NCBI GenBank assembly: GCA_049592335.1
Contig: JBAWFY010000153.1
Location: forward strand, 1-46,452
Source: Terracidiphilus sp.
GTDB lineage: Bacteria; Acidobacteriota; Terriglobia; Terriglobales; Acidobacteriaceae
Direction: 5' to 3'
Length of the DNA stretch: 46,452 nt
The notes under the pieces were generated by a model that saw only the letters and a list, made by a program, of their open reading frames with translations, ran no database searches and was not told where the DNA came from. Made by a program: the position numbers and the translations under genes. This document shows positions 1 through 9,845 of this stretch, in pieces. Numbering within the stretch: the stretch's first letter is position 1; each line of letters opens with the position of its first letter.

Positions 1-1443
1 GATCAGGTCCTTGGCGCGCACCTCAAGTTTTTCGGCCAGATCCTTAACGCTGATGCCCTCGGTGACGGTGATCTCGCGGGTAATGGGCACCGGCTCATTG
101 CTGTGTTGCATGCCGCCATAGCGAGGCGGCGGCACGAAGCCCTTCATCGGGCCTTCTTTGGTCTTGGGATATTGCTGCTGGCCACGGCCGCGACCGCGCG
201 AAGGCGCGCGCTGCGGACGCTGGGTATCAGGCGGCGGCGCGCCGCCAGCACCGGGCCGTGCGCCGAAACCGGGGCGCGCACCAAAGCCGGGACGTGCACC
301 GAAACCAGGGCGCGCACCTGGACCTGCGGGTCCGCCGGGGGTGAATCCGCCGGGCCCGGAGCGAGTAGGATGCTTGGGCCGCGGACCTCCCGCGTAGGAG
401 CCCGGAGCACCAACGGGGCCGCGCTGGCCCGGTCCTGCAGGACCGGTCGCGGGCCTGCGATCGAAGATGGGTTTGCCGCGCTGGATGACTCCGGTGCCCG
501 GGGCAGGAGGGGCAGGAGGAACAAATGTCGATTTGTAAACAGGGCGCGGACCGGTCTGCGGCATCACCATACGGCGCGCAGGAGGAGCGGGTGGCACGTG
601 AGCCTGGGGCTGCGTGGGAGCAGAAGTTGACTCGGCGGCGATGCTCGGAACCGACGCCGCGGATTCTGCCGGGGCCGATGTGGTTTCAGTAACAGCCGGC
701 GCGGCAGCTTCGGCCACAGAGGCCGACGCTTCCAGCGCAGGGGCGGGTTTCGCCACCGGCTTTTCTTCGTGCGTCGGCACGGGCTTCGCGGCACTGACTG
801 CGGGCGGCGCAACCACAACTACCGGGCGCGGCGCAGCGGCGGCGGGCTTCCACCCCGCGGACGAAGACCTGTCTGTGGGGACCGCGGGTTTAACGGCAAT
901 CGCACCGGCCGGCGGCTTGGCAGCAATCACACCTGCTGGCGGGCGGCTGGCAATGGCCGGAGTGCTCGGGGGCGGCGCCACAATGGGCGGGGCCTGACGC
1001 GGCTGCGGAACAATCTTGCGCGGCTCAGGACGCGACGGCGGCGTAATGGCGGCCGGGGTTGCAGCGGGAGCGGCGGCAGCCGTTTGCACCACGGGCTTGG
1101 CCGGCGGCTCGGGCCGGGAAGGCACGCGTACAGCTCGCGCTTCGTCTTCCTCTTCCTTTTTCTTGGCCAGAATGGCCTTCATCACATCGCCGGGCTTGGA
1201 GATGTGCGACAGATCGATCTTGGGAACGATTCCGGCCGCGCCATGGCGGCCAGGCCCGCCAGCATTCGACCCGGAACGCGACCCATCGGTAAAATGTGCG
1301 CGAACTTTATCCGCCTCGTCGCCCTCGAGCGAGCTGGAGTGCGTTTTGCCCGCGGGAACGCCAAGCTCCGGAAGAATGTCGAGAATCGCGCGAGACTTGA
1401 CTTCCAGTTCTTTCGCGAGATCGTTGATACGAACCTTGCTCAT
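1..1443 (-). CDS. infB: Translation initiation factor IF-2, N-terminal part (runs off window start)
   Basis: Manual translation from ATG at 1443 gives MSKVRINDLAKELEVKSRAILD (IF2_N), then a long Pro/Ala/Arg/Gly-rich linker and ...PITREITVTEGISVKDLAEKLEVRAKDLI. SD AGAGG upstream; lies directly downstream of nusA. Confidence 0.95.
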   Translation of the reverse strand, partial: MSKVRINDLAKELEVKSRAILDILPELGVPAGKTHSSSLEGDEADKVRAHFTDGSRSGSNAGGPGRHGAAGIVPKIDLSHISKPGDVMKAILAKKKEEEDEARAVRVPSRPEPPAKPVVQTAAAAPAATPAAITPPSRPEPRKIVPQPRQAPPIVAPPPSTPAIASRPPAGVIAAKPPAGAIAVKPAVPTDRSSSAGWKPAAAAPRPVVVVAPPAVSAAKPVPTHEEKPVAKPAPALEASASVAEAAAPAVTETTSAPAESAASVPSIAAESTSAPTQPQAHVPPAPPARRMVMPQTGPRPVYKSTFVPPAPPAPGTGVIQRGKPIFDRRPATGPAGPGQRGPVGAPGSYAGGPRPKHPTRSGPGGFTPGGPAGPGARPGFGARPGFGARPGFGARPGAGGAPPPDTQRPQRAPSRGRGRGQQQYPKTKEGPMKGFVPPPRYGGMQHSNEPVPITREITVTEGISVKDLAEKLEVRAKDLI

Positions 1444-1561
1444 CCGCCTCTTTTCACTTCAGTGCTGCCAAACTGCCCTTAGTCGCTCATTGCTACCTCA
1501 TGGCCCTGGCTGCTTTTTCTTGCGTTCACATACGCATGGTGTCGGAGAACGGCGCGCATTT

Positions 1562-3127
1562 TTACGCGCCACCCTCTTTGACCGCCTGCTGCTCATCTGT
1601 CTGTTCTTCTGCCGCGGCTTCGCCGGCGGGGACTTCGGCTTCTGCCGCTTCCACTGGCGCGGCTTCCTCGCTTGCCGCTTCATTCTCTGCCGCCTCAGCA
1701 GACGCCGCTTCTTCGCTTGCGGCTTCCTTTTCGTCTTCTGCCGCCACGGCTTCGCCGCTTTCCGCCGCAATCGCTTCGCCCGTTTCGCCGGGCGTCGTGG
1801 CCTCGGCTGCCGTTTCCGCGCCTTCCGCCGTCTCGCCTGCCTGCCCCTCTTCAAATTGCCCGAAGTAGTGCCGCACAGCCACAGAGATTTTTTCGAGCGT
1901 CTTTTCTCCGATGCCCGGAATCTCTTCGAGCTGCTCCGGCGTCATGTCGGCCAGCGCTTCCACGGTGGTCACGCCCGCCGCCACCAGCTTCTGGATGATC
2001 GTGTCGCCCAGCTCCGTCACCTGTTCGATCGGCGTAGTCGGCGAGCCGGACAGCGCCTGCATCTGCTGCTCCACTTCCTGGCGCTTCTCTTCTTCGCTCT
2101 TAATGTCGATCTTCCAGCCCAGAAGTTTGGCCGCCAGCCGCACGTTCTGGCCCTTCTTGCCGATAGCCAGCGACAACTGTGTGTCGTCGACGATTACTTC
2201 GAGCTGCTTTTCGCCCAGGTCGGTGATGGAAACGCGGCTCACCTTCGCCGGCTGCAGCGCCTTCTCGGCGAAGGTCGTTATCTCGTCGGAGTATTCGATG
2301 ATGTCGATCTTTTCGCCGCGCAACTCGCGGATGATCGACTGCACGCGCATGCCCTTCATGCCTACGCACGCGCCCACCGGGTCCACGTCCTTGTCGCGCG
2401 ACTGCACAGCGATCTTGGTGCGCTCGCCGGCTTCGCGGGCGATGGCTCTGATCACCACCGTGCTGTCGTAGATCTCGGGCACTTCGGACTGGAAAAGGTT
2501 CGACACCAGCTCCGGCGCCGCACGCGAAACGATCACCTGCGGGCCCTTGGCCGCGCGATCCACCTTGAGCAGCACCACGCGCAAACGCTCGCCCACGCTG
2601 AATTGCTCGATGCGCGACTGTTCGCGCTTGGGGCACCGCGCCTCGGCCTTGCCCAGGTCGAAGATGATGTCCTGGCCCTCGAGCCGCTTGACGGTCGCGT
2701 TGAGCACTTCCTTTTCGCGGTGCGCGTACTCCTGGAAGACTGTGTCGCGCTCGGCCTCGCGGACCTTTTGAAAAATAATCTGCTTGGCGAGTTGCGCGGC
2801 GATGCGGCCCAGCGGCGTAGTGTCGCGATAGATGCGGATCTCGCTCCCCACCTCGACACCCGGCGCCAATTCATTGGCCTCGGCCAGCGTGATCTCGTTG
2901 ACCGGATCTTCGATTTGCTCTTCGTCGGCCACCACTGTCTTGTAGATATAGGCCGTAATCTCGCCGGTCTCCTTGTTCAGTTCCCCGCGCATGTTTTCCT
3001 GGGTCTTGTAGAACTTGCGCGTGGCCAGGGCAATGGCTTCCTCGACCGCGCCCACAACGATGGCGGGGTCGATGCCCTTCTCCTGACTCAGGAGCTCGAT
3101 ACTCTGATACAAAGCGTTGGTGGCCAT
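1562..3127 (-). CDS. nusA: Transcription termination/antitermination factor NusA
   Basis: LGRIAAQLAKQIIFQKVREAER, S1 domain, KH motifs AREAGERTKIAV / DPVGACVGMKG / AIGKKGQNVRLA, HhH domain and acidic tail. Confidence 0.98.
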   Translation of the reverse strand: MATNALYQSIELLSQEKGIDPAIVVGAVEEAIALATRKFYKTQENMRGELNKETGEITAYIYKTVVADEEQIEDPVNEITLAEANELAPGVEVGSEIRIYRDTTPLGRIAAQLAKQIIFQKVREAERDTVFQEYAHREKEVLNATVKRLEGQDIIFDLGKAEARCPKREQSRIEQFSVGERLRVVLLKVDRAAKGPQVIVSRAAPELVSNLFQSEVPEIYDSTVVIRAIAREAGERTKIAVQSRDKDVDPVGACVGMKGMRVQSIIRELRGEKIDIIEYSDEITTFAEKALQPAKVSRVSITDLGEKQLEVIVDDTQLSLAIGKKGQNVRLAAKLLGWKIDIKSEEEKRQEVEQQMQALSGSPTTPIEQVTELGDTIIQKLVAAGVTTVEALADMTPEQLEEIPGIGEKTLEKISVAVRHYFGQFEEGQAGETAEGAETAAEATTPGETGEAIAAESGEAVAAEDEKEAASEEAASAEAAENEAASEEAAPVEAAEAEVPAGEAAAEEQTDEQQAVKEGGA

Positions 3128-3135
3128 GCTCTTTT

Positions 3136-3234
3136 TAGCTCCTAGCTACTAGCCGCTAGCTTCTAGCTTGTTTCTGCGATCACCGAGATCCTCGCTTCCG
3201 CCGCGTAAGAGCTGGAAGCCAGGAGCCAGAAGCT
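3136..3234. repeat. Inverted pair of 7-nt tandem repeat arrays between rimP and nusA
   Basis: TAGCTCC-TAGCTAC-TAGCCGC-TAGCTTC-TAGCTT (3136-3169) and AGCTGGA-AGCCAGG-AGCCAGA-AGCT (3210-3234) are mutually complementary. Confidence 0.8.
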
Positions 3235-3239
3235 GCCTT

Positions 3240-3848
3240 TCAAATTTCCGGTACTAGATTCGCCTTCTCAATATTGCTGAGGGCGATCTCCACCGTTTCC
3301 AATCCTGTTTTGCGGCTTTTCGAGTTCTGCTTCACGGCCGCCAAATCAAGTGTTATTTTTTGGGTTTTGGACGAGGGCTCTTCTCCTGCCAAAAGCCTTC
3401 CCTGCCAGTGCCGGTTATTGCGGACCGGCTCAAAGGTCCGCACCTTCACCAGACAACCAGCGAACCGCTCGAACTCCTCCGGCCGGGAGAGCTTTCGGTC
3501 GAGTCCCGGTGAAGACGCTTCCAGCGTGTACGACTCGCCGGGAACCAGATCTTCCACGTCGAGCAAAACTCCAAAGTCGCGGCTGAACTCCGCGCAATCC
3601 TCGTGCGTCACGCCCGAGAGCTGCTCCACCGCGACCGAGCCCCGCAAAAGCTTCTCCGGCAGATCCTCGTTTGGGTGTGCCGCAAGGCGCGCCTTCAGTT
3701 CTGCCCGGCCCGCGGCGTTCTTTTCCAACGTCACCCGCAGGATGCGGTCCTTGGACGGCCCGACAAGCTCCATGTCGACTACGTCGAGGCCATGCGAGGC
3801 AGCCACCCGTTCCGCCGCCTTCCGGATTTCGTCCAAACTAACCGCCAT
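3240..3848 (-). CDS. rimP: Ribosome maturation factor RimP
   Basis: GVTHEDCAEFSR, YTLEASSPGLDRKL, IEKANLVPEI; first gene of rimP-nusA-infB. Start taken at MAVSLDE (3848) rather than the longer ORF start. Confidence 0.95.
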   Translation of the reverse strand: MAVSLDEIRKAAERVAASHGLDVVDMELVGPSKDRILRVTLEKNAAGRAELKARLAAHPNEDLPEKLLRGSVAVEQLSGVTHEDCAEFSRDFGVLLDVEDLVPGESYTLEASSPGLDRKLSRPEEFERFAGCLVKVRTFEPVRNNRHWQGRLLAGEEPSSKTQKITLDLAAVKQNSKSRKTGLETVEIALSNIEKANLVPEI

Positions 3849-3930
3849 CGTGCTGCGCTGCCTCTCTGGCAGCCAGAGTCCCGGTTTCCCCTGATTTTTC
3901 AAGGTTTTACGGGCCAAGTTTGCCGCAAAT

Positions 3931-3953
3931 AAAAAGTGGGCTTTCGGCCCACT
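3931..3953 (-). promoter_or_regulatory. rimP leader terminator/attenuator hairpin
   Basis: Minus strand AGTGGGC-CGAAA-GCCCACT-TTTT, ~85 nt upstream of rimP; same GGGC...GCCC+U-tract layout as known rimP leaders. Confidence 0.75.
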
Positions 3954-4163
3954 CATCTCTCCGCCAGCCGGTGCGCACACGGAAAAAGCCCGGCGGACAA
4001 ACGCGTTGCATTCTTAGGATACTGCGAAATGGACCGGAATTCAACCCGCTCGTAGCGGAATTATGAGCTTCGTAGGCGGAATCCGCATCCAATTCCGTCC
4101 GGAAAGAACAGTCCCGTCTCCATGGTAGACTCGGGCCAAACTTGGGCTCTGGGAGATTTCCCC

Positions 4164-5561
4164 ATGCACACTCAGACCACTCATTCCATGTTATCCGACC
4201 GTCCTGAGCTCCCGACGCGCATTGCTGTGCTCAAGCAATCGGCGCAATCGGCCGTTGAATATCTGCAAAGCCTTGACGGCCGGCCGGTCGCCCCAAAGCC
4301 CGAATCCGTTGCGGCTCTGCGAACGCTCTGTGGTCCGCTGCCGGAAACCAGCACGGAGCCGGCCGAGGTGGTTCGTTTGCTCAATGACTTCGGCGGACCT
4401 GCCACCGTTGCCATCTCCGGTGGCCGCTTCTTTGGCTTCGTGATTGGCGGCTGCCTGCCCGCTGCCATGGCGGCCAGCTGGCTTGTGGACACATGGGACC
4501 AGAATGCCGGGCTTCGGGTCGCGTCTCCTATCGGAGCCGATCTCGAAGATACGGCGGTGGAGTGGGTACGCGAACTGCTTGGGCTGCCAAAAGGTACCGT
4601 CGGAGGAGTTGTGACTGGCTGCACGATGGCGAACTTCACCGCGCTCGCCGCAGCGCGCCACAGTCTGCTCAAACGCGCCGGCTGGGATGTGGAGGCAGAT
4701 GGCTTATTCGGGGCGCCTGAGCTGCAGGTTGTGATCGGCGAGGAGGCGCACCCTTCGCTGTTGAAGTCTCTGGCCATGCTCGGGCTGGGCAAGAAGCGCG
4801 TCATCCGTGTGCCGGTTGATCGACAGGGCCGGATGTGCGCCGACGCACTGCCGCATCTCAACGAGCGCACGATCCTGTGTCTGCAGGCCGGCAACGTCAA
4901 TACTGGTGCGTTCGATCCTGCGGACGCAATCTGCCCTCAGGCGCGCGCCGCCGGTGCGTGGATTCATGTGGACGGCGCCTTCGGTCTGTGGGCTGCGGCA
5001 TCGCCAAAGTACCGCCATCTCGTCAAGGGATTCGAATTGGCCGACTCCTGGGCGACCGATGGGCACAAGTGGCCGAATCTTGGCTACGACTGTGGTCTGG
5101 CCCTGGTGCGGGATGGTGCTCCGCTGTGCGCAGCCATGGGCGTTCGTGCCGCTTATCTCGAACGCACGGAGCATCGTGAGCCGAGCGACTACACTCCAGA
5201 GCTTTCCCGCCGGGCGCGGGGCGTCGAGCTTTGGGCCGGCCTGCGCCAGCTGGGAAAATCCGGCATGGCGGAGATCGTTGAGCGAACCTGCCGGCACGCG
5301 CAGCAGTTTGCCACGGGCCTCAAAGCCGCCGGCTACGATGTGCTCAACGAAGTTGTGCTCAATCAGGTGCTGGTCTCGTTTGGCGATGCCGAGAAGACCA
5401 GCCGCGTGATAGCGCATCTACAAACAGAAGGCACGTGCTGGTGCGGCCCGACGGTCTGGCAAGGAACGACGGCCATGCGCATCAGCGTGTCGTCGTGGGT
5501 AACGAGCGACGAAGACGTGGAGCGCAGCTTGGCTGCGATGGTAACGGCTTCCGAGGAGTGA
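4164..5561 (+). CDS. PLP-dependent group II (DDC/GAD-like) decarboxylase
   Basis: WIHVDGAFG and SWATDGHKW (PLP lysine), PELSRRARG; SD GGGAGA before ATG 4164. Confidence 0.88.
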   Translation: MHTQTTHSMLSDRPELPTRIAVLKQSAQSAVEYLQSLDGRPVAPKPESVAALRTLCGPLPETSTEPAEVVRLLNDFGGPATVAISGGRFFGFVIGGCLPAAMAASWLVDTWDQNAGLRVASPIGADLEDTAVEWVRELLGLPKGTVGGVVTGCTMANFTALAAARHSLLKRAGWDVEADGLFGAPELQVVIGEEAHPSLLKSLAMLGLGKKRVIRVPVDRQGRMCADALPHLNERTILCLQAGNVNTGAFDPADAICPQARAAGAWIHVDGAFGLWAAASPKYRHLVKGFELADSWATDGHKWPNLGYDCGLALVRDGAPLCAAMGVRAAYLERTEHREPSDYTPELSRRARGVELWAGLRQLGKSGMAEIVERTCRHAQQFATGLKAAGYDVLNEVVLNQVLVSFGDAEKTSRVIAHLQTEGTCWCGPTVWQGTTAMRISVSSWVTSDEDVERSLAAMVTASEE

Positions 5562-5645
5562 TCCGGTACCCGGCACCGGGATTTTCACGTAGGCGCTAAT
5601 TTTAGCGAGTTGCGGGAATTCGGGGTCGCTGCGATACTTGCGGGC

Positions 5646-6782
5646 ATGAATCCCAAGGCCGCTTGTCGGGCATTGTTTCTCGGTACTGGGGTCGCCTTTC
5701 TCGCCTGCGCAACCGCGCTGGCCGACGATTCTGCGGCAGCGATTGCCGTGGGAGGCTTGGTTTCGCGCCGTGAAACGCGCATCGTCATGGCCAAAGAGGT
5801 GTTGCGCATCAGTCCGGACAAGGTCGTGGTCGATTATGACTTCCGCAACGATACGGATGAGGACGTTACTACAGAGGTAGCGTTTCCTATTCCGCCGTAC
5901 CAATACGACCCGGCGGAGGGGCCGACGATTTCTGACGCATCGTTTTCCGGGTTCAAGCTAACTGTCGATGGAAAATCGGTGGCCTATCGGACCGAGGCCA
6001 AAGCGACAGTCAAAGGGAAAGACGTTACCGCGATTCTGACGGCGGACCACATTGATATCGCGACCTTCGGGCACCTGCGCGATACCGTAGGACAGAACCA
6101 CGAGGAGGAGATCCACACGCCGGATGTGGACCGCCTGCCAAGGGCTGAGCAGCAGCGCCTCGCGAAAATCGGTCTCTATGATTCCGACGACGGGTATGGC
6201 ATGTGGGACGCCCATTTGCAGTACCACTGGACGCAAACCTTTCCGGCCCACTCCACCGTGCATATTTGGCACGAATACGCACCGGTTGTCGGATATACGC
6301 CGGTCTTTTTAGCGGGGGTTGAGGAACTCATTGATCACATCGCCAAAGGGCGCGCAATTTCCGAGGACCGCACCGAGGAGACTGAGCTCCTCCAAAGTCT
6401 TTGCACAGACCGCCCATTTCTGTCTGCGCTTGCAAAGAATCTGCATGAGAGCGAGTCTGCAGCGAAAACCGACGATCAAAAACTGATGGCAGGCAACACC
6501 TATCCCCAATGGGTCGACTTCATTCTCACCTCAGCCAACACCTGGCGTCAGCCTATCGAAGATTTCACGCTGATTGTCGAGCGCGGCAAGCCGCTTGACG
6601 GATACGGAAAGCCGAGGAACGACGAGCGGCGGCTGATAAGCTTCTGCTCTCCGCAAAACGCGCCTGTTACGAAGCTTGACGCCGACCATTTCCAGGTTCA
6701 GCTGACCAACTTCATCCCTCAATCGGAGCTGCGCATCGGCTTCTTCGACCTTCCAGAAGCCAAACCCAAATTGAGCAAATAG
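5646..6782 (+). CDS. Exported protein, DUF4424-like
   Basis: Signal peptide then DDSAAAIAVGGL, MAKEVLRIS, VDYDFRN, VAFP, W.QTFPA, ILTSANTW..PI.DFTL.VE, all typical of DUF4424. Confidence 0.75.
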   Translation: MNPKAACRALFLGTGVAFLACATALADDSAAAIAVGGLVSRRETRIVMAKEVLRISPDKVVVDYDFRNDTDEDVTTEVAFPIPPYQYDPAEGPTISDASFSGFKLTVDGKSVAYRTEAKATVKGKDVTAILTADHIDIATFGHLRDTVGQNHEEEIHTPDVDRLPRAEQQRLAKIGLYDSDDGYGMWDAHLQYHWTQTFPAHSTVHIWHEYAPVVGYTPVFLAGVEELIDHIAKGRAISEDRTEETELLQSLCTDRPFLSALAKNLHESESAAKTDDQKLMAGNTYPQWVDFILTSANTWRQPIEDFTLIVERGKPLDGYGKPRNDERRLISFCSPQNAPVTKLDADHFQVQLTNFIPQSELRIGFFDLPEAKPKLSK

Positions 6783-6859
6783 CGAATGGTGGCGACGCCA
6801 GCTTCGGCCATGCTCCGCAACCGTTCGCAAACTTCGCACCGCCGGCGTCTAATGCAGTC

Positions 6860-7858
6860 ATGGAGCTTCGGCCCAGCGGGGAGTGCGGTGAATTCGTCTC
6901 ACAGAGCGATAGCCACGCATTGCTCGCCGCCGTTGCTGCTGGCACGACAAATCCCATTGCCGGCATCTATGGGCCGGAATCGCTCAGTTGGCGCATCAAT
7001 CGCGAATCGGCGCTGTTCCTGGGCGCGGGCCGCGCGGCGCTGCTGCAGTTGGCGCACCCGTGGGTTGCATCTGCGCTGGCCGAGCACTCGCGCGTGCTGG
7101 ACCGCCCGATTGCACGCTTCCACGGCACTTTCCGCATCGTCTTTACGATGGTTTTCGGCTCACTCGATCAGGCGCTTGCTGCGGCGCGGCACTTGTACGC
7201 ACTGCACACGCGGATTCGCGGGCAGTTGCCGGAGGACGCTGCGCGATGGCAGCGCGGATCGTCCTACGAGGCGAACGAGATCGGCGCCCTGCGCTGGGTG
7301 TACGCGACGCTGGTCGAGAGCGCTGTCCTTGCCTACGAATGCGCGCTCGGGCCGCTCGCTGCTGCCGAGCGCGAGCAGTACTATGCCGAAACCAAGACGC
7401 TGGCTGCGCTCTTCGGCCTTCCTGCGGCGGCGCTGCCGCAGGATTGGGAGGCCTTTGCGGCCTACAACCGGGCGATACATGCGGCGGATAACGACGCGCT
7501 GGGCGTGAGCAGCGCCGCGCGCGCCATGGCCCACAATCTGCTGCGAGGAGCAGGGATATGGCTGTGGGTTCCGTTCTGGTATCGCGCACTCACGGTGGGG
7601 TGGCTGCCGGTGCGTTTTCGCCGCGAGTTCGGACTCGATTTTGGAGAGGCAGAGCAGCAAGCCGCAGCACGCGCCCGTGCAAACCTGCCATGGATTTACG
7701 TGAGTCTGCCGCACGCAGTGCGGTTCAGCGGTCCCTGGCGTGAGGCTCAGGCGCGGCTCGCCGGCCGGCGCGCGGGCTTGCTCGCGCAGTGGAGCAACCG
7801 ATTCTGGATCGGCCAGCCGCTCTTAGCTTTTGACGATCCCCGTTCGCGCGCAAAATAG
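6860..7858 (+). CDS. Oxygenase MpaB/DUF2236 family protein
   Basis: GPESLSWRINRE, GRAALLQLAHP, LHTRIRG, WVYATLVES; start codon uncertain. Confidence 0.82.
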   Translation: MELRPSGECGEFVSQSDSHALLAAVAAGTTNPIAGIYGPESLSWRINRESALFLGAGRAALLQLAHPWVASALAEHSRVLDRPIARFHGTFRIVFTMVFGSLDQALAAARHLYALHTRIRGQLPEDAARWQRGSSYEANEIGALRWVYATLVESAVLAYECALGPLAAAEREQYYAETKTLAALFGLPAAALPQDWEAFAAYNRAIHAADNDALGVSSAARAMAHNLLRGAGIWLWVPFWYRALTVGWLPVRFRREFGLDFGEAEQQAAARARANLPWIYVSLPHAVRFSGPWREAQARLAGRRAGLLAQWSNRFWIGQPLLAFDDPRSRAK

Positions 7859-7885
7859 AGCGGATTCGGGAGTATGCTGGAACGC

Positions 7886-8428
7886 ATGCGGTTAGCGTGT
7901 GCAGCGTTATTGCTATTTACTGCGATCGGTGGAGCGGAAGCCGCTCAGCCTCCGGCGCAGACGCACCAGCGTCAATTCCAGTTTGAGCAGTTCCCGGCAG
8001 AGGTCTACAAGGGACCAATCCGAATTCCGACGGGGCTGCACAAGGATGAAAATGGCGAATGGCAGGATGCGCTGGGAAACTCGGTCGCACCCCCGGAGGT
8101 GGGCTTTGCCGGCGAGTATTACCTGCCGGTGCACAGCTGTGGAACCGGTTGCCGCTACTATGACCTGATCAGCCTGCGAACCGGCAAGACCATTCCAGAG
8201 ATTTCCATGTTTGGCACCGGCGATCCGATGCCGAAGACCAGGGACGGCCATCCATACCTGACGATTCTCTACTACAAACCAGACAGCCGGCTGCTGATCG
8301 CTGAATATCACCTGGATTTCGACGAACTGAACAAGCAGGAAACATGCCGCCAACGCTATTTCGTGCTTGCAGACGGCAAAATAAAGCCAATCTCTAAAAC
8401 ATTTTCCTTTTGCACGGAGCAACACTAG
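7886..8428 (+). CDS. Hypothetical exported protein with CGTGC motif
   Basis: Signal peptide MRLACAALLLFTAIGGAEA; FAGEYYL..HSCGTGC. Start 7886 preferred (7874 possible). Confidence 0.65.
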   Translation: MRLACAALLLFTAIGGAEAAQPPAQTHQRQFQFEQFPAEVYKGPIRIPTGLHKDENGEWQDALGNSVAPPEVGFAGEYYLPVHSCGTGCRYYDLISLRTGKTIPEISMFGTGDPMPKTRDGHPYLTILYYKPDSRLLIAEYHLDFDELNKQETCRQRYFVLADGKIKPISKTFSFCTEQH

Positions 8429-8444
8429 GCGCGACAATAGCGGA

Positions 8445-9824
8445 ATGAAAAACTATGCCCTTTTCGCCCTGGCTTGGCTCGCGCTTGGGCCAGGGCTGAT
8501 CCTCTTTTCCCCTTCTGCGCTCCACGCCCTCGACAAGCAACCCGCAAGCGTCTATCGCGCGCGGCGCGTGGCGCTGGCCACCGAGTTGAAGGGCGGCATT
8601 GCGATCCTCTTTGCCGCCGAAGAGCCGGAGCTGGATTTCATGCCCTACCGGCAGGACTCCGATTTCTACTATTTAACAGGCTGGAACGAGCCGGGCGCGG
8701 CGCTCGTGATCGTCGGTGATGCGCCGCAGACTGCCGCGCCGCGCGCCTACAAGGAGATTCTGTTCCTACCCGCGCGCGATCTGCACATGGAAACCTACAC
8801 CGGCGCGAAGATGGATGCCGCAACTCCTGGGGTGGCCGAGGCCGCTGGCGTAGACAATGTGCAAGCGATGACTGAAATGCCCGCCGTGCTCGACCGTCTG
8901 ATCGCGGCCGATCGCGATCTCTTGAAAAATCTGTGGACACAGCCCGAGTCCGCGGCGGCCACTGCGTTCACGCGCTTTACCGGCACGACGCTGGGCATTG
9001 CGGACGTGCCGCGGCCGCACGACGTGACCGCTCTCACGATGCCTCTGCGTCAGATCAAGGACGAAGGCGAGATTGCACTGATCAAGCAGGCATCGAAGGC
9101 ATCGATTCTGGCGCAGCGCGTGGTGATGCAGTGGTGGGTCAAGCCGGGAATGACGGAGCGCGCCATCGCAGGAGCTATGACGGCCGTGTGGATGGAGAAC
9201 GGATGTGAGCGGCCGTCCTATTCGCCCATCGTGGGCTCAGGTCCGGACTCGACGATCCTGCACTATTCGAGCAACCACCGCACCATGCAGGATGGCGACG
9301 TATTGCTGATCGACGCCGCCTGTGAATACTCGATGTACGCCTCCGACATTACGCGCACGCTGCCCGTGAATGGACATTTCACTCCGCGGCAGCGCGAGAT
9401 TTACAACGTGGTGCTGGGTGCGCAGCAGGCGGCTGCCGATGCCTTTGTCGCGGGCAAATCTTCGATCAACGACCGCGAGCGCAAAGACCCGAACTCGCTC
9501 GATACCGTTGCGTACAACTACATCAATACCCACGGGGCGGATCTGCACGGCCAGCCGCTCGGAAAATACTGGCTGCACGGTCTCGGCCACATGATGGGGA
9601 TCGACGTGCACGACCCAGCCAATTATCCGGTGGTGCTCAGGCCGGGAATGGTGTTTACCATCGAGCCGGGCGTGTACATTCCCGAAGAGAAGATCGGCAT
9701 TCGCATCGAGTGCGATTTTCTGGTCACAGCCGACGGCAAGCTTGTGGATCTCGATGCTTCGTTGCCGCACACCGCTGACGAAATTGAAGCCGCGATGCAG
9801 GCCGCGAAGAGCCCTGCGAAGTGA
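8445..9824 (+). CDS. pepP: Xaa-Pro aminopeptidase (M24B) with signal peptide
   Basis: YRQDSDFYYLTG, LLIDAACE, YASDITRT, HGLGH.MGIDVHD, FTIEPGVY, GIRIE; hydrophobic N-terminal signal. Confidence 0.9.
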   Translation: MKNYALFALAWLALGPGLILFSPSALHALDKQPASVYRARRVALATELKGGIAILFAAEEPELDFMPYRQDSDFYYLTGWNEPGAALVIVGDAPQTAAPRAYKEILFLPARDLHMETYTGAKMDAATPGVAEAAGVDNVQAMTEMPAVLDRLIAADRDLLKNLWTQPESAAATAFTRFTGTTLGIADVPRPHDVTALTMPLRQIKDEGEIALIKQASKASILAQRVVMQWWVKPGMTERAIAGAMTAVWMENGCERPSYSPIVGSGPDSTILHYSSNHRTMQDGDVLLIDAACEYSMYASDITRTLPVNGHFTPRQREIYNVVLGAQQAAADAFVAGKSSINDRERKDPNSLDTVAYNYINTHGADLHGQPLGKYWLHGLGHMMGIDVHDPANYPVVLRPGMVFTIEPGVYIPEEKIGIRIECDFLVTADGKLVDLDASLPHTADEIEAAMQAAKSPAK

Positions 9825-9845
9825 AAGAGGCCGAAGCAAGAAAAT

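Noticed and set aside
1016..3145. 709-aa plus-strand ORF and other long antisense ORFs (e.g. 11235-12563, 38215-39363, 42113-43216)
   Set aside because: Shadow frames of well-supported GC-rich genes on the opposite strand; Arg/Ala-rich and motif-free.
3960..4120. tRNA-Met upstream of rimP (as in enterobacteria)
   Set aside because: No cloverleaf or T-loop-containing tRNA sequence on either strand.
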